From assembly GCF_009914755.1 (NCBI RefSeq), contig NC_060936.1: a stretch of DNA of 64,000 nt; one strand, written 5' to 3'. Made by a program: the position numbers and the translations under genes. The notes beneath the pieces are model-generated. The model did no database searches and was not told the DNA's origin. It worked only from the letters and a program-made list of their open reading frames with translations. The DNA is from the human T2T-CHM13v2.0 reference genome, Homo sapiens. Below, piece by piece: positions 27,796 through 39,711 of this stretch; positions within the stretch are counted from its first letter, which is position 1, and each line of letters opens with the position of its first letter.

Positions 27796-28399
27796 ATCCT
27801 AAATTGAGGGGGCTTAATGTGTGTATCTTTCAGCATGACCTGCAATGAATGCTCCTTATTTTTTGGTTTGCAAAACTTTCACTTTTAAATTCAGCATAGT
27901 CTTTCAGTATCTCCCAGACATTTTGGACACTGAACAAATAATCTCAAAATTACACTTGAAGATTGGGGTGAGTCTGGGCAAGGGACAAAAAGAACCCATA
28001 AAGCAATTTTATTTTTAAGAGAGAAAACATTTATTACTGTTGTTAGGTGTTTGCAGAAAATGCTCTCAGAGAACAGTTTTGTACCTAAACCAGTTCCTTC
28101 CAACCCGTAACTATTACTTGTTACTGACCTCAGTTTAAGAACATAAATCTTATCACATTTCTCTAAGGATGCATGAAGATATAACTGAATTAAAAAATAA
28201 TTTATATGGAAATTCAAACACACATGCACAACATTAGAAGGTTAGCATTTGCTTTAAAAAATAATACTTAATGGGATCCTTTCAGATGCTCATGTGCTCC
28301 ACTTTGCCAGGGTCTGACTTGTGATAGGTATTGAGGTGAGAAAATACTTAACTCAGTGATTCAAAGTTAGATTCATTTAGTTTCTTCTCTCCTGCCTAG

Positions 28400-28596
28400 T
28401 GGTCAGCCCATTCCCAGGGTGGAGTATACTGAAGAAGAAACTAAAACTTGGGGTGTTGTATTCCGGGAGCTCTCCAAACTCTATCCCACTCATGCTTGCC
28501 GAGAGTATTTGAAAAACTTCCCTCTGCTGACTAAATACTGTGGCTACAGAGAGGACAATGTGCCTCAACTCGAAGATGTCTCCATGTTTCTGAAAG
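28400..28596 (+). CDS. TPH2: TPH2 exon 6 (197 nt; [17 protein letters not shown]...[11 protein letters not shown])
   Basis: Acceptor ttcttctctcctgcctAG (28398-28399); donor AAG|GTaaga (28597); overlaps ORF 28419-28706. Confidence 0.98.
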
Positions 28597-29026
28597 GTAA
28601 GATTTCACACAGGCTGTCTCTTATTAGTCAATATCCTCAATTGCCTTCCAAGGACACAGGTTGCAGCAATGGCTCTTTTTCCAAAAAAGGAAAAACAGTG
28701 ATTTAAAAAATTGTTGGCTTTGAGCCAACAATTACCTGCGGCCACCTGTGGGAAGCAGAGCAAGGGACTCAGCTGCTTTTGCAGCTCAGGAGCTTGCTGA
28801 GGCCTCTTTGTGGCTGGTTGTTGTAAATGGTAAGGCCCAAAGGATATTTGCAAGTTCAGCTCTGAGCTTTTTCTGATCCAGGAGCTGCTGTGCTGGGCTA
28901 CATGAGTATGAAATGACCTCCAAAAGTGCCTTTTTATTTGCTTTGTTAAAAAGTATGTACTGAATGATGATATTTTATGGATAATGTTGAATATTAGTGA
29001 CTTTCCTCTAGGAGAAATCAGGCAAC

Positions 29027-29656
29027 TGTCAGAGGCGTTTGGACCAGAGCAACTCCTTCTTGAATAGGGGCTGGGTAGAATCAGGCTGAGACTTATTGGG
29101 CTGCATTCACAGGAGGTAAGGCATTCTAAGTCACAGGATGAGATAGGAGGTCAGCACAAGATACAGGTCATAAAGACCTTGCTGATAAAACAGGTTGCAG
29201 TCAAGAAGCCAGCCAAAACCTATCAAAACCAAGATGACGATGAGAGTGACCTCTGGTCATTCTCACTCCTCGTTATACACTAATCATAAGGCATTGGCAT
29301 GCTAAAAGACCCTCCCACCAGTGCCGTGACAGTTTACAGATGCCATGGCAATGTCGGGAAATTACCCTATATAGCCTAAAAAGGGGAGGAACCCTCAGTT
29401 CTGGGAATTGCCCACCCCTTTCCTAGAAAACTCATGAATAATCCATTCCTTGTTTAGCATATAATCAAGAAGTAACCATAAAAATGGGCAACCAGCGATC
29501 CATTCCACAGCTCTGCCTATGGAGTAATCATTCTTTTATTCCTTGACTTTCTTAATAAACTTGCTTTCACTTTATGGACTCACTCACTTTGAATTCTTTG
29601 CGTGAGATCCAAGAATCCTCACTTGGGGTCTGGAATGGGACCCCTTTCTGGTCACA
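29027..29656 (+). mobile_element. MER41B (ERV1) solo LTR, full length, sense to TPH2
   Basis: Starts TGTCAGAGGCGTTTGGACCAGAGCAACTCC and ends GGGACCCCTTTCTGGTCACA; 4-bp TSD caac at 29023-29026 and 29657-29660; 630 bp; carries the B-type segment with tandem GAS motifs. Confidence 0.92.
29399..29428 (+). promoter_or_regulatory. Tandem STAT GAS motifs (TTCTGGGAA 29399-29407, TTCCTAGAA 29420-29428)
   Basis: Both match TTCN3GAA exactly; function is inferred from MER41B biology, not shown here. Confidence 0.6.
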
Positions 29657-30132
29657 CAACTAGTCAATAAATCAATCAACTAATTGATCAATACTTTACA
29701 TTATAATTTGTGTGTCAGGGATTGTACTTGTTGCTGATGTTACACTAGTGAACCCGATGAATCATACAGTGACATCATTTCACACTCTCTGTGGGTCCCT
29801 TCACTGACAACACCTCCTTGGAACAATAGCTGGGAAATAGGCTTGTGAGGGGTTGGGGGAAGAGGCAAAGTTTCACGGTGGTCCCGCTTTCTCCTCTGTT
29901 TTTCCTTGTGCTTAAGTCCTTGGATTCTCTGCCCTTTTCTCTCTCTTCTTTCAAGTGCAGTAGTTCCAAAAGCAAAAACTTCATTGCCTGCTCTCTTTCC
30001 TGGAACTTGCTTTCTTGCTTGTCTTCTCAGTTTCTATCAGTACTGTTTTTTCTAAACTCATCAGGCTTGCCTCTAAGGACTCCCCTGAATTCCTACCCAC
30101 TTTATCCCCCAATCCCATACTCAGTCCTTCTT

Positions 30133-30583
30133 TGTGTTAGTGTCCAATTATAGCTGTAACAACACATTACCACAAACTTTGTGACTTAAAACAACACGAG
30201 TTATCTCACAGCTCTGGAGCTAAGAAGTCTAAAATCAGGGTGTTGACAGGGCTCATTCCTTCTGGTGGCTTCTGTGCCCTGGCCTTTCCCAGCTTCTAGA
30301 GTCCTCCTGCATTCCTTGGCTCGTGGACTCTTCTTTGCATCACTCCAACCTCTTGCTTCCATTGTCACATCTCCTTCTCTGACTCTGACCCTTCTGCCTC
30401 CCTCTGATAAGGACTCATGATTATATTGGCCCCACCCGAATTATCTAGGACAGTCTCTCCATCTCAAGATCCTTAAGTTAATAACATCTGCAAAGTCTCT
30501 TTTGCCATGTAAGGTCACATACTCACAGATTCAGGAGATTAAGACATAGGCATCCTTGGGGGGCCATTACTTAGCCTACCACA
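30133..30583 (-). mobile_element. MLT1C-like MaLR solo LTR
   Basis: taccacaaactttgtgacttaaaacaaca...ccagcttctagag...catctgcaaagtctcttttgccatgtaaggtcacatactcacag...cctaccaca. Confidence 0.8.
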
Positions 30584-30814
30584 ATCTCCCCCTATTGCCA
30601 CTTATGGCTTCATGACATGTGGTAAATCTGTCCTTTTCCTTTCTGTTCTACTGCTATCATCCAAATTGAGGTCCTCATCATTTTATAACCTTGATGCCTA
30701 TATTTTCTTCCCTTAACTCTCCTGCCCACTGCCCATAAATGTTACTTTCTAAAATATTACTTTTTTTTCTGACATCTCTGCTCAGAAACTATCATTGGCT
30801 CCCTCTTGTTTTCA

Positions 30815-31329
30815 CTGGGACTGGCAAATTTTTTTTGTAAAAGGCCAGTTGGTAAATATTTTAGGCTTTTCGGGCCAAGAGGCAAAATCAAGGCTATTAT
30901 ATAGGTACTTTTATAGCCATTTTAATGTGTCTATTAAAAATATAAAAACTGGCTAGGCACAGTGGCTCACACCTCAGCACATGGGGAGGCCAAGGCAGGC
31001 GGATCACTTGAGGTCAGGAGTTCGAGACCAGCCTGGCCAACATGGTGAAACCCTGTCTACTGAAAATACAAAAATTGGCTGGGCGTGGTGGTGGGCGCCT
31101 GCAGTCCTAGCTACTTGTGGGGCTGAGGCATGAGAATCACTTGAACTTGGGAGGCAGAAGATGTAGTGAGCTGAGATCACGCCACTGCACTCCAGCCTGG
31201 GTGACAGAGTGGGACTCTGTCTCAAAACAAACAAATGAACAAACAAACAAAACTATTCTCACTTTTGGGGTGTACAAAAACAGGCAGTGGGCTGGATTTG
31301 GCCTCCAGGTGATAGTTTGCTGATCTCTG
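30815..31329. mobile_element. MER58B-like element split by an Alu insertion
   Basis: ggcaaatttttttgtaaaaggccag...ggcaaaatcaagg on the left; tacaaaaacaggcagtgggctggatttggcc...tagtttgctgatctctg on the right. Confidence 0.7.
30951..31249 (+). mobile_element. AluS-type element with (AAAC)n tail
   Basis: Dimeric Alu with a small 5' deletion; TSD-like aaaact on both sides. Confidence 0.92.
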
Positions 31330-31899
31330 TTTTACACGCTCAAGTCTGAACAGCTCAGCCTCAATGTGAGGCCCTGACCCAGGTTTCCAAGTTAGTTTCC
31401 TGCTGCAACTGCCCTGTACAAATCCTCTGCCCTTGCTGTGGGCTCTCTTTACCGTTGCTTAAACTCTGTTCCTTACTAGAAAATTTCATCTCTTCTCCAC
31501 CTACTCAAATTCTACCTATTCTTCAGGACTCAGAGCAAGTCCTGCCTCCTTCATGAATCTTGATTATAGAAGCCACCATGATCTCTCCCACTCTGATTTC
31601 ATTCTATGTTATGTGTGAACATCATCTACTATATTTGTTACTGAGGAAAAGAGATTGAGAACTACCGATCAGTATCACTTAATTAGCACCTAATTACCTC
31701 ATGCCTTATGTTGTTAACTAGACTGTATTCTCCTGTCATCTTCTTCTTTGTGTCCCACAGAGCTATATGCATATTACCTCTTTACCAAGAGCTCCTTATA
31801 TCGAGATGGCTTTTTACTGCATTGTTCCCCAAACCCCAATAGTTAGAATATCACCTCATAAATACTGTTGTATTTGCCCCCCAAATTAATATTCTTATG

Positions 31900-32170
31900 A
31901 GAGGCAGTATGGTATAGTGGCTTGGACCATAGACCCTGGATGTAGAATGTCAGGGCTTGAGTCCCCACTCTGCCCCTTCCTAGCTATGTGACCTTAGAAG
32001 AGTCACCTTAACCTTTCTGTGTCTCTGTTTCCTCCTCTGTCAATGGAGATAGTAATTTTATCTACCTCACAAGGTGGTTGAGAGGAGAAATTAATTGATA
32101 TACCTTAAAGGCCTAATGTGCCTAACACACATTAAGCATAGCAGAGTCTTAGCTATTTCCTTTGTTATTG
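31900..32170 (+). mobile_element. MIR SINE, near full length
   Basis: gaggcagtatggtatagtgg...ctagctatgtgacctt...cttaacctttctgtgtctctgtttcctcctctgtcaatggagata. Confidence 0.8.
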
Positions 32171-32925
32171 TTTTCCACAACCCTTGGTGAACTGGATATA
32201 TCGCCTAGTTTGTATCACGCACTGGCATGTAGATAGTATGATGTAAGTATAGGTGTCCTTATATCATTTCATTGACTCACTTTTAAAATACCTAATTTAT
32301 TTAAAACAGAAACTTTTAAAGCAATGGTATCTACAGATTCAAAGTTCTTGATGTCATGGTTTTATATTTTTTCTAATTCACATAAAAATAAAATACATAA
32401 CTATTAAAAAAAATGTTCCTCTGTGTACTGTTACATATGTCCCACATGTGGGATATACTGGCTTAATTGATGTAATATGGAAAAAGAAGAAAATACACTT
32501 ATCTTTTTGATATTCACCGGGGAATAATCCAAAGTGAAGGCTTTTGGAATGAACATAGTGCTGTGCGAATTATGGGTCTGAGGAGGCCTGAGAACAGGTT
32601 ATTTCCAGCAGGTACCAGAAATCCCAGGATGGGCCTGTTTTATAAGCTTAGTTGGTTCTTGCCTCTTAAGATCATTTTCAACCATTGTGTGGTACTCTCC
32701 TAATGCGTTAAAGGAATAGCCTTCCAGGACGTTATGCTAAATGAAATAAGCCAGACACAGAAAGAAAAATACTGCATTATCTCATATGTGGAATTTGGAA
32801 AAGTTAAATACACAGAAGCGAAGAATAGAACAGTGGTTACAAGGGGCAGGAGGTGGAGTAAGTGGGGAGATATTGGTCAAAGAGTACAAAGTTGCAGTTA
32901 GATAGGATGAATAAGTCTAGAGGTC

Positions 32926-33233
32926 TTTTTTTATAATTATTATTTTTTAGATAAGAGTCTTGCTCTGTTGCCCAAGCTGGGGTGCAGTGGCGTAAGCTCG
33001 GCTCACTGCAACCTCCACCTCCTAGGCTCAAGCAATTCTTGTGCCTCACCTGTATTCCCCGAGTAGCTGGGACTACAGGTGCGTGCTGTCTATGCCAGCT
33101 CATTTTTTTATTTTTAGTAGATAAAAAGTTTTGCCATGTTGCCCAGGTTGGTCTCGAAGTCCTGGCTTCAAACCATCCACCCACCTTGGCCTCCTAAAGT
33201 ACTGGTATTACAGGTGTGAGCCACAGTGCCTGG
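32926..33233 (-). mobile_element. Old Alu (AluJ-like) nested in L1M
   Basis: Reverse Alu flanked by TSD-like tctagag on both sides. Confidence 0.9.
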
Positions 33234-33327
33234 TAATCTAGAGATTTAATGAACTGCATGAGGACTGTAGTTAATAATATCATATTACATAAGGGAAATT
33301 TGTTACTAAATTTTATGTGCTCTTACT

Positions 33328-33378
33328 ACACACACACACACACACACATAGACACACGCACACGCATGTGCACATATA
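33328..33378. repeat. (CA)n / alternating purine-pyrimidine tract
   Basis: Direct observation. Confidence 0.9.
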
Positions 33379-33436
33379 ACTATATGAGAAGAAAGATATA
33401 TTAATGAACTTGAATGTAGTAATCATTTCACTATTA

Positions 33437-33642
33437 CAGTAAATCCTCACTTAACGTCATCGATAGGTTCTTGAAACCTGTGGCTTAAAGTGAAACGATG
33501 TATAACAAAACCAATTTTTCCCCTCATCAACATTATGACAATACAATGTTGAAGGAAATGATGTTATTCTGGGCACTGCTTTATGTCATTCACTTAAAGT
33601 CGCAATTTTCAAGAACCTATCGACGATGTTGAGGACTCATTG
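33437..33642. mobile_element. MER6B-like palindromic TcMar-Tigger MITE
   Basis: TA-flanked; cagtaaatcctcacttaacgtcatcgataggttcttgaaa ... tttcaagaacctatcgacgatgttgaggactcattg are long inverted arms. Confidence 0.8.
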
Positions 33643-33753
33643 TATGTGTGTATCAAAACATAAAGTTATACACCTTAAATATATACAATTTATATTAAAA
33701 AACAGAACTGCTCTTGTGAGAAAAGAACAGAACATAAAGCAGCCATTTAAAAA

Positions 33754-34065
33754 TAGTCATGTGCTACATATATACTGTTCGGTCAACAATGGACCTCATG
33801 CATAGTGGTGATCTTATCAGATTATAATACTGTATTTTCACTGTACCTTTTCTATGGTTAGATATGTTTAGAGACACAAATACTTACTAATGTGTTACAA
33901 TTGCCTACAGTATTCAGTATAGTAATGTGTTGTACAGATTTGTAGCCTAGGAGTAGGCTGTACCATCTAGGTTTGTGTGAGTACACTCTATGAGATTTAC
34001 ACAACAAAATCACCTAACAATGCATTTCCTAGAATGTATCCCCATTGTTAAGCAATGCACGACTC
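33754..34065. mobile_element. Tigger3a-like DNA transposon
   Basis: tagtcatgtgc...ttcggtcaacaatggacc...gtagcctaggag...gaatgtatccccattgttaagcaatgcacgact. Confidence 0.8.
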
Positions 34066-34805
34066 TATACAACATTTTAATAAAATGCATATTTAAAAAA
34101 AAAAAAAGAATAGTCCTTCTGCTCTAAGTTTTCTGGGCCTTCCTGAGAAGAAAACATTAAGTAGCCCTTAGACTGAGAACACTGATGACTCACAACCTAA
34201 TTGAATTAGTGGTATAGGGCAGGTTTATAGACTTTATTGCATTCTTACTTTGTTTCCTCTTACCATAAGCCAATAGAGCAAGCAGGGCTTTGGTGTACCT
34301 CTTCAAATCATGATAATTTATATAACAACACAGAAAACAATATAGAGTGAAGGAGTTAGCGGGTATTGGCAATAGAAAGCCTCAGTATGAACTGATTTGA
34401 AGATGCTAGTGAAGGGGGTGCTTAGCTGTGTGTCACTGAACACATGCACACAGAAGAGATCCCTAGGTATGTCTCTTAGAAAGATACCAGGTAATGTGCG
34501 GTAAGCATCACTTTCGATTGTAATCAATTTATCTGAGATTTCTTATCCTAATTGGGCTTCTGAATTTAAATCTCTAAATACTTTTTTCACCCTTCTTTTC
34601 ATTTTCTTGAATGTTTTGTTCTCCTGGAAACCGTCATTTGAGAGTGATTTTAGTCATCAGAAGCACCAAACATGATAGCTGTTAACAGTATATGTCACTT
34701 AGTTGTCAAGAGGTTTATGACCTTGATTACTTTGTTTCTGGATCTTCCTTATAAATAGTAGAAGCTCCTGCTTGGGCCCTCAAGTCTTGCTGGGTTAATA
34801 TTTAG

Positions 34806-34967
<162 letters not shown>

Positions 34968-36724
34968 TGAGTACCTACATTAAAGCCCAGGCCACCACAC
35001 CATAAAGTGGTCAATGATCCCTTTACTTGAAAATGACTTAGGCCCTGTTTTACCTCCAAACTAATTTCCTTGAGCTAGTGAGAGTCACATCACTCACCTA
35101 AAGAGAAAAGGGCTCACTGAAGGATCAGACTCCTCATCTGGGTCCGTGGGGGCCCCTGATATTCCAGCTCTGGCTCGATGCTCTAGCTTTATCCCAACAC
35201 TGAGCCATCTGCTTGGCCAGATCTCCATTTCTGATGATGAAGAGAAGGCACAGAAGTGTAAAGTAGACACTGACACATGGTCAGAACATGTGAGGCTCTC
35301 TCATTAGGAGGCCTCTTTCATGTGAAGGAGGTTCATGTACACACACCATAGCAACTCATTACTAATCCCCTCTCATCTCTTTCGTCACCTCCAAACTCAG
35401 AACTCTGTGCTTTGCTCTCCCTGCCATTTTAGTTTCTTGAACACTTCTCTAGTCCTGCCCGCCACCTCCAGATATAGATGAGGTTTGTGATTCTTCTCTG
35501 ATTCTGTCAGTTTTCCTTTGGGGCTTTTATCCATTCTCTCCTGGACAATGGGTAAGCTAGGAGTGGGGAGAGAAGCTAAGAGGTGATGCTATACTGCTCT
35601 GACATGGGTAAGAAGCAGGAGTAAGCTGGGAACACCCACATGTTAATCATTTGGCCTAATCACACGTGGGATTGTACAGTCTCCAAGTGTGAAATGCCCT
35701 GTATCATATTTCTTTGAGTGCTTTAAAATATGTAACAAACATTTACTGGGAGACAACTACATGCTTGGATTGTCTGGGAATGAGACAGCATTCCTGCCCT
35801 TCCAGGTGAATGGTGAAGACAATGGTTAGCATACAGACAGACAGACAGACAGGGAATATGGTGTCAGGTGTAAGTGCTTCCATGAAGTGCTAATAAGTGC
35901 TGTGAAGACAAATAGAGCATGGCAAGGAGATGGAGAGTCCTGGGTGCTATTTTTTGGATTGGGTCAGGACAGCTTCTTGGTAAACATCTGAGCAAAGACT
36001 TGAATGTGTATATGATGGGGTGGAGAATTTCAGGCTGAAAGAACAGCAAAAACAAAGACCCTGAGGCTGGGAGCTCTGGGTTCTTTTGCCTTCCTGGGCT
36101 CCATTAAAATGAGTGCCTTGCTTTAATCTTACCCCACTGTTCTTCAGGCCACTCAGGGTATCGCTTTGCTTATGATGCTGCTTTACTTGAATGCACTTGT
36201 GGTTAATGGGTTGCCATGGTCTTCGCTGGGGAGCAGAGAAGCTTTTGAGGTTCAAGCAGTTAAGTAGCTGATGGTAGTAGAAGTGAGCAAGGGTAAGTCA
36301 AGTCCCTGAAGCACCCCTCATTTTCCTAGGCTGGCATAAGGCTCACAGTCCAGGTAGGTCCCTGTCAGGTCACTACATTTTTTTTTTTAAGCTTTTTTCA
36401 GCTTCCCTGAAAGTGTTTTCAGGGTAAACAGAGGTTACTTATAGGACCCCAGACATTTGGAAAAGAAATGCTTCTTTCAGTGGAGTGAGTGCTCAAAGAA
36501 GCACTGTCAGAGTTAGAAAGGCAATCTCTAAATCTAGCCCAGAGGGTTTACCAATGGCCTTGTTTACAAATAGAAGGCACTTTGTTAGTTCCCTTTGAAT
36601 AACTGGCCCTCCTGAGACCTGTGATAGCGTGCCAATAGGTATGCAGAGAGAGAGAGAGAGGCAAAGAAATGAGATTTTAGCCACAGAGGATAATGTGTTA
36701 CATTTTTACCAAAGTACTTTCGGC

Positions 36725-37810
36725 CAATTCATTCAGCAAACATTTATGTGCAATGCTAGCAGGGCAGTGCAGTGGATTCAGAGATAAATAAAATATAGTA
36801 GCTTTAAAAAAATATTTTTTTAAAGCAGTTCACATTCTGGCAGCAGAGATAGAAACACAAATAATTAGGAAATAGTGTGGTTAGGGTTGTAATTAGTGTG
36901 TGTAAAAAGTGCTGGAGAGCACAGAGGAAGGCACAGTCCTGAAAGGCTTTTCAGAGAACGTATAACCTGTGTGGGAGTCTGGAAGTATGAGCAGAAATTT
37001 CATTTTTGTACAAGGCTGGACGGGGAGGGAAGGGGAGGCTTTGCAAGTCAGGGGAAACAGCAAGTGCAAAGTTGTGGAGACACGCAAGAGGCACACATGT
37101 GCGAGGCTTGTTAGACCAGAATAGCCAGGATACAGTTTATGTATTAGGGGTGAAATGTATCTTCAGGCCATGTTATAAATGACCATTTGTCAAACTAGGA
37201 CATTTGGACTTAGTTCTGTAGGCAACAGGGAGCTATCCAAGGTTCTTAGGCATAGTCAGGTAAGTGTATTGGAGAAAAATGACTGGGGGTGAGGGCTGGG
37301 GAATTGTTGAGAATGAACAACACAGAAAACCAGCTAGGGAGCTCACATTCTATGAAGGAATATAGTTCAAAAGGTGTGGAGCTAGATGAGGTCAGAGGTA
37401 TAGTACAAGAGGGCACCTATTTAATGCCCTCTTAACACCATAGAGATGGAAGTAACAATATCCAGTGACTACAATAGGGGTGAGACGAGGGGAGGGCCCC
37501 TAAGGTAGGGCTAAGGTTTTTGTTTGGGAAGCTGAGTGGAAAGTCATTTCTAATAATGACTGAGAATATTGGAGGAGGATCAAGCTTGGAGGGAAGAGAA
37601 AAGGAAAGAGGGAGGGAAGAGGAGGATTTGGGTTTGGGGTATTTTGTCTGTGAGGTGCCCATGGCTGGAACCTCCAGATGGAGAAGTTTCTGGTAGTTAC
37701 AAATAAAGATTATAAACTCAGAAGTGAATGTAAAGCACCCACAATAGATTTGAGTAGTTATTTTTCTTCCAAGTCTCCTATGACTACACAGATAAGAGGA
37801 GACTAAGTCA
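36725..37810 (-). mobile_element. Diverged L2 LINE fragments
   Basis: attcattcagcaaacatttat start and purine-rich body with ttctgtaggcaacagggagc and tgaggtgccc; boundaries approximate. Confidence 0.6.
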
Positions 37811-37887
37811 GAGGATGGAAACTTGGGATTCACTCACTTGGGGTTGTTTTTACAAGCCCTTTATTTTTTGTGGGTTTCATATCATTC

Positions 37888-37890
<3 letters not shown>

Positions 37891-37933
<43 letters not shown>

Positions 37934-38182
37934 CAGAGTCTCACTCTGTCAGGTGTAGTGGTGCAATCTCAGCTCACGGCAATCTCTGCCTCCTGGATTC
38001 AAGCAATTCTCCTGCCTCAGCCTCCTCAGTAGCTGGGATTACAGGCGTGCAACACCATACCCAGCTAATTTTTTGTGTTTTTAGTAGAGACGGGGTTTTG
38101 CTATATTGGCCAGGCTGGTCTTGAACTCCTGACCTCAGGTGATCCATCTGCCTCGACCTCCTAAAGTGCTGGGATTACAGGC
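37891..38182 (-). mobile_element. AluS-type element with an uninterrupted T40 tail, 5' truncated
   Basis: T run 37891-37930 followed by a reverse Alu ending at gggattacaggc. Confidence 0.9.
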
Positions 38183-38189
38183 CATTCAT

Positions 38190-38385
38190 TTGGTTTTTAA
38201 AATTATTACTTTATGAATAGGTAATACATATGCATAATTCAGAAATTAAAGTTCACTAAAAGGTATATTCTGTGAACAGTGAGTTTCTTTCCATCCTCTG
38301 CCCCCTTGATACCCAGTGCATCCTCTCCAGAGGCAACCACTGCTACTAGTTTCCATTTCATCCTTCCAGAAATATACTATGCAGA
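38190..38385 (-). mobile_element. Ancient L1M (L1ME-like) 3' fragment
   Basis: taggtaatacatatgcat...ccagaggcaaccactgctactagtttc...ccttccagaaat. Confidence 0.55.
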
Positions 38386-38909
38386 CAAAATTCTCTGTAA
38401 AGATCTTTTTAATCCTTGTATATTGCAAAGTCCTAAGTCCCTTCTCAGCCACATAGTTTGAATCTATGGGTACTATACTGGGAGGGCTGTTTCCTGCCCA
38501 AGCACTTTCACAGGCGTTGTCTTTGTAATGAAATCCCATTTCCTCAATTGAAAACCAACTAGAGGGCAGATTCTCCAATTTATGAAGTTCAACTTGTCTA
38601 CTGTGTTTGCTGCTTGTACTGTGTTTCCAAATAACTGCTTTCAGTTGCTGAACTGTTGTAGTGGAGGCTGCGCTAATGAGACAAAGGTGAGCACTGAAGA
38701 CCCAGGTAGAAATGAGCATGAAGCAACAAAAAATACATTATCTGAAAAGAGAATTTTATTTTCCCTTTCAGTCTGGTAGAATGTATTTTGCCATCAGAGC
38801 TTTCAACACACATTGGATTTTAAACATATCTTCGACTTCTTTTTACATTTTACAGTTTTAAAGACTCTGGCTTCTCTAAACCTGATACACTAGAAACCAA
38901 ACCTTGCCT

Positions 38910-38977
38910 TCACACAATATATTCCTGTAACAAATCTGCACATGGACTCCCTGAATCTATAAAAATAAAAAAAAAAA
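38910..38977 (+). mobile_element. Short L1P 3' end with poly(A)
   Basis: caatatattcctgtaacaaatctgcacatggactccctgaatctataaaaataaaaaaaaaaa. Confidence 0.7.
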
Positions 38978-39626
38978 GTGATGGCAGATTAGACTGGTTT
39001 CCTGGGGGAAAGTTTTCTGGCCTGGAAGACAATAAAGAACCCCTGGCAAATTAGTGACTTCTGGTTTTCCTGGTGGGAGGAGTTGCTTTTCTATGCATTA
39101 ATGCCTGGATTGAAAGGTCACTGATCTGCTAGAAGAGGAAATGGACTCTTGCTTTTTCTCCCTTTGAGCAGTGCCTGAGGCAATGAATCTGCATTTCGGT
39201 ATTGCCTGGCTCCATGCTTTGATCAGCTGTGGTTGCAATGTTCTTACTAATTGGGTAATGAAGTTTGCAAATGATTTCCTTTAAAAAAAATCAATTGGGC
39301 CAAATTCAAAGTTATTCCAATAAACCTTCCCTCTCACTCACTGGAATGAGAGGGAAAGATGCAGAGTTCCAAGTTATGTAGGCATGTGAGCGTCGCCTGG
39401 CATGTGTACAGTGGCAGAACAAAATCTTGAGAAGTTCTAAATCTCCCTGATCTCCTTTTTGTCTCTCTGGGAAGTCCATTGTGTGCTCTCTCATGCTATG
39501 CCCTCCGTCCACCTCATCTTTTAGAACAGGGTTACTTGCAGATCCTAGGCAGAGAGGGTGCAGTGTATCAGGAAAGCAGTCCTCCTTCAACCCTGGGTCC
39601 TGTGGATCAGGAATGGAGAGTCAGGC

Positions 39627-39636
39627 AGAGAGAGAA

Positions 39637-39667
<31 letters not shown>

Positions 39668-39711
39668 CACAGAGAGAGAGAGAGACAGAGAGAGAGAGAG
39701 AAAGAGAGAGA
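39627..39711. repeat. (GA)n/(GACA)n compound microsatellite
   Basis: Direct observation. Confidence 0.95.

Larger units (their letters stand above)
32725..33702 (+). mobile_element. L1M (L1MA/L1MB-type) 3' end interrupted by an Alu, a (CA)n tract and MER6B
   Basis: ttatgctaaatgaaataagccagacacagaaag...gtacaaagttgcagtta...aatcatttcacta...caccttaaatatatacaatttt plus A tail. Confidence 0.8.

Noticed and set aside
38246-38779. 157-aa minus-strand ORF and neighbouring ORFs
   Set aside because: Partly within an ancient L1 fragment; no recognisable homology or splice support.
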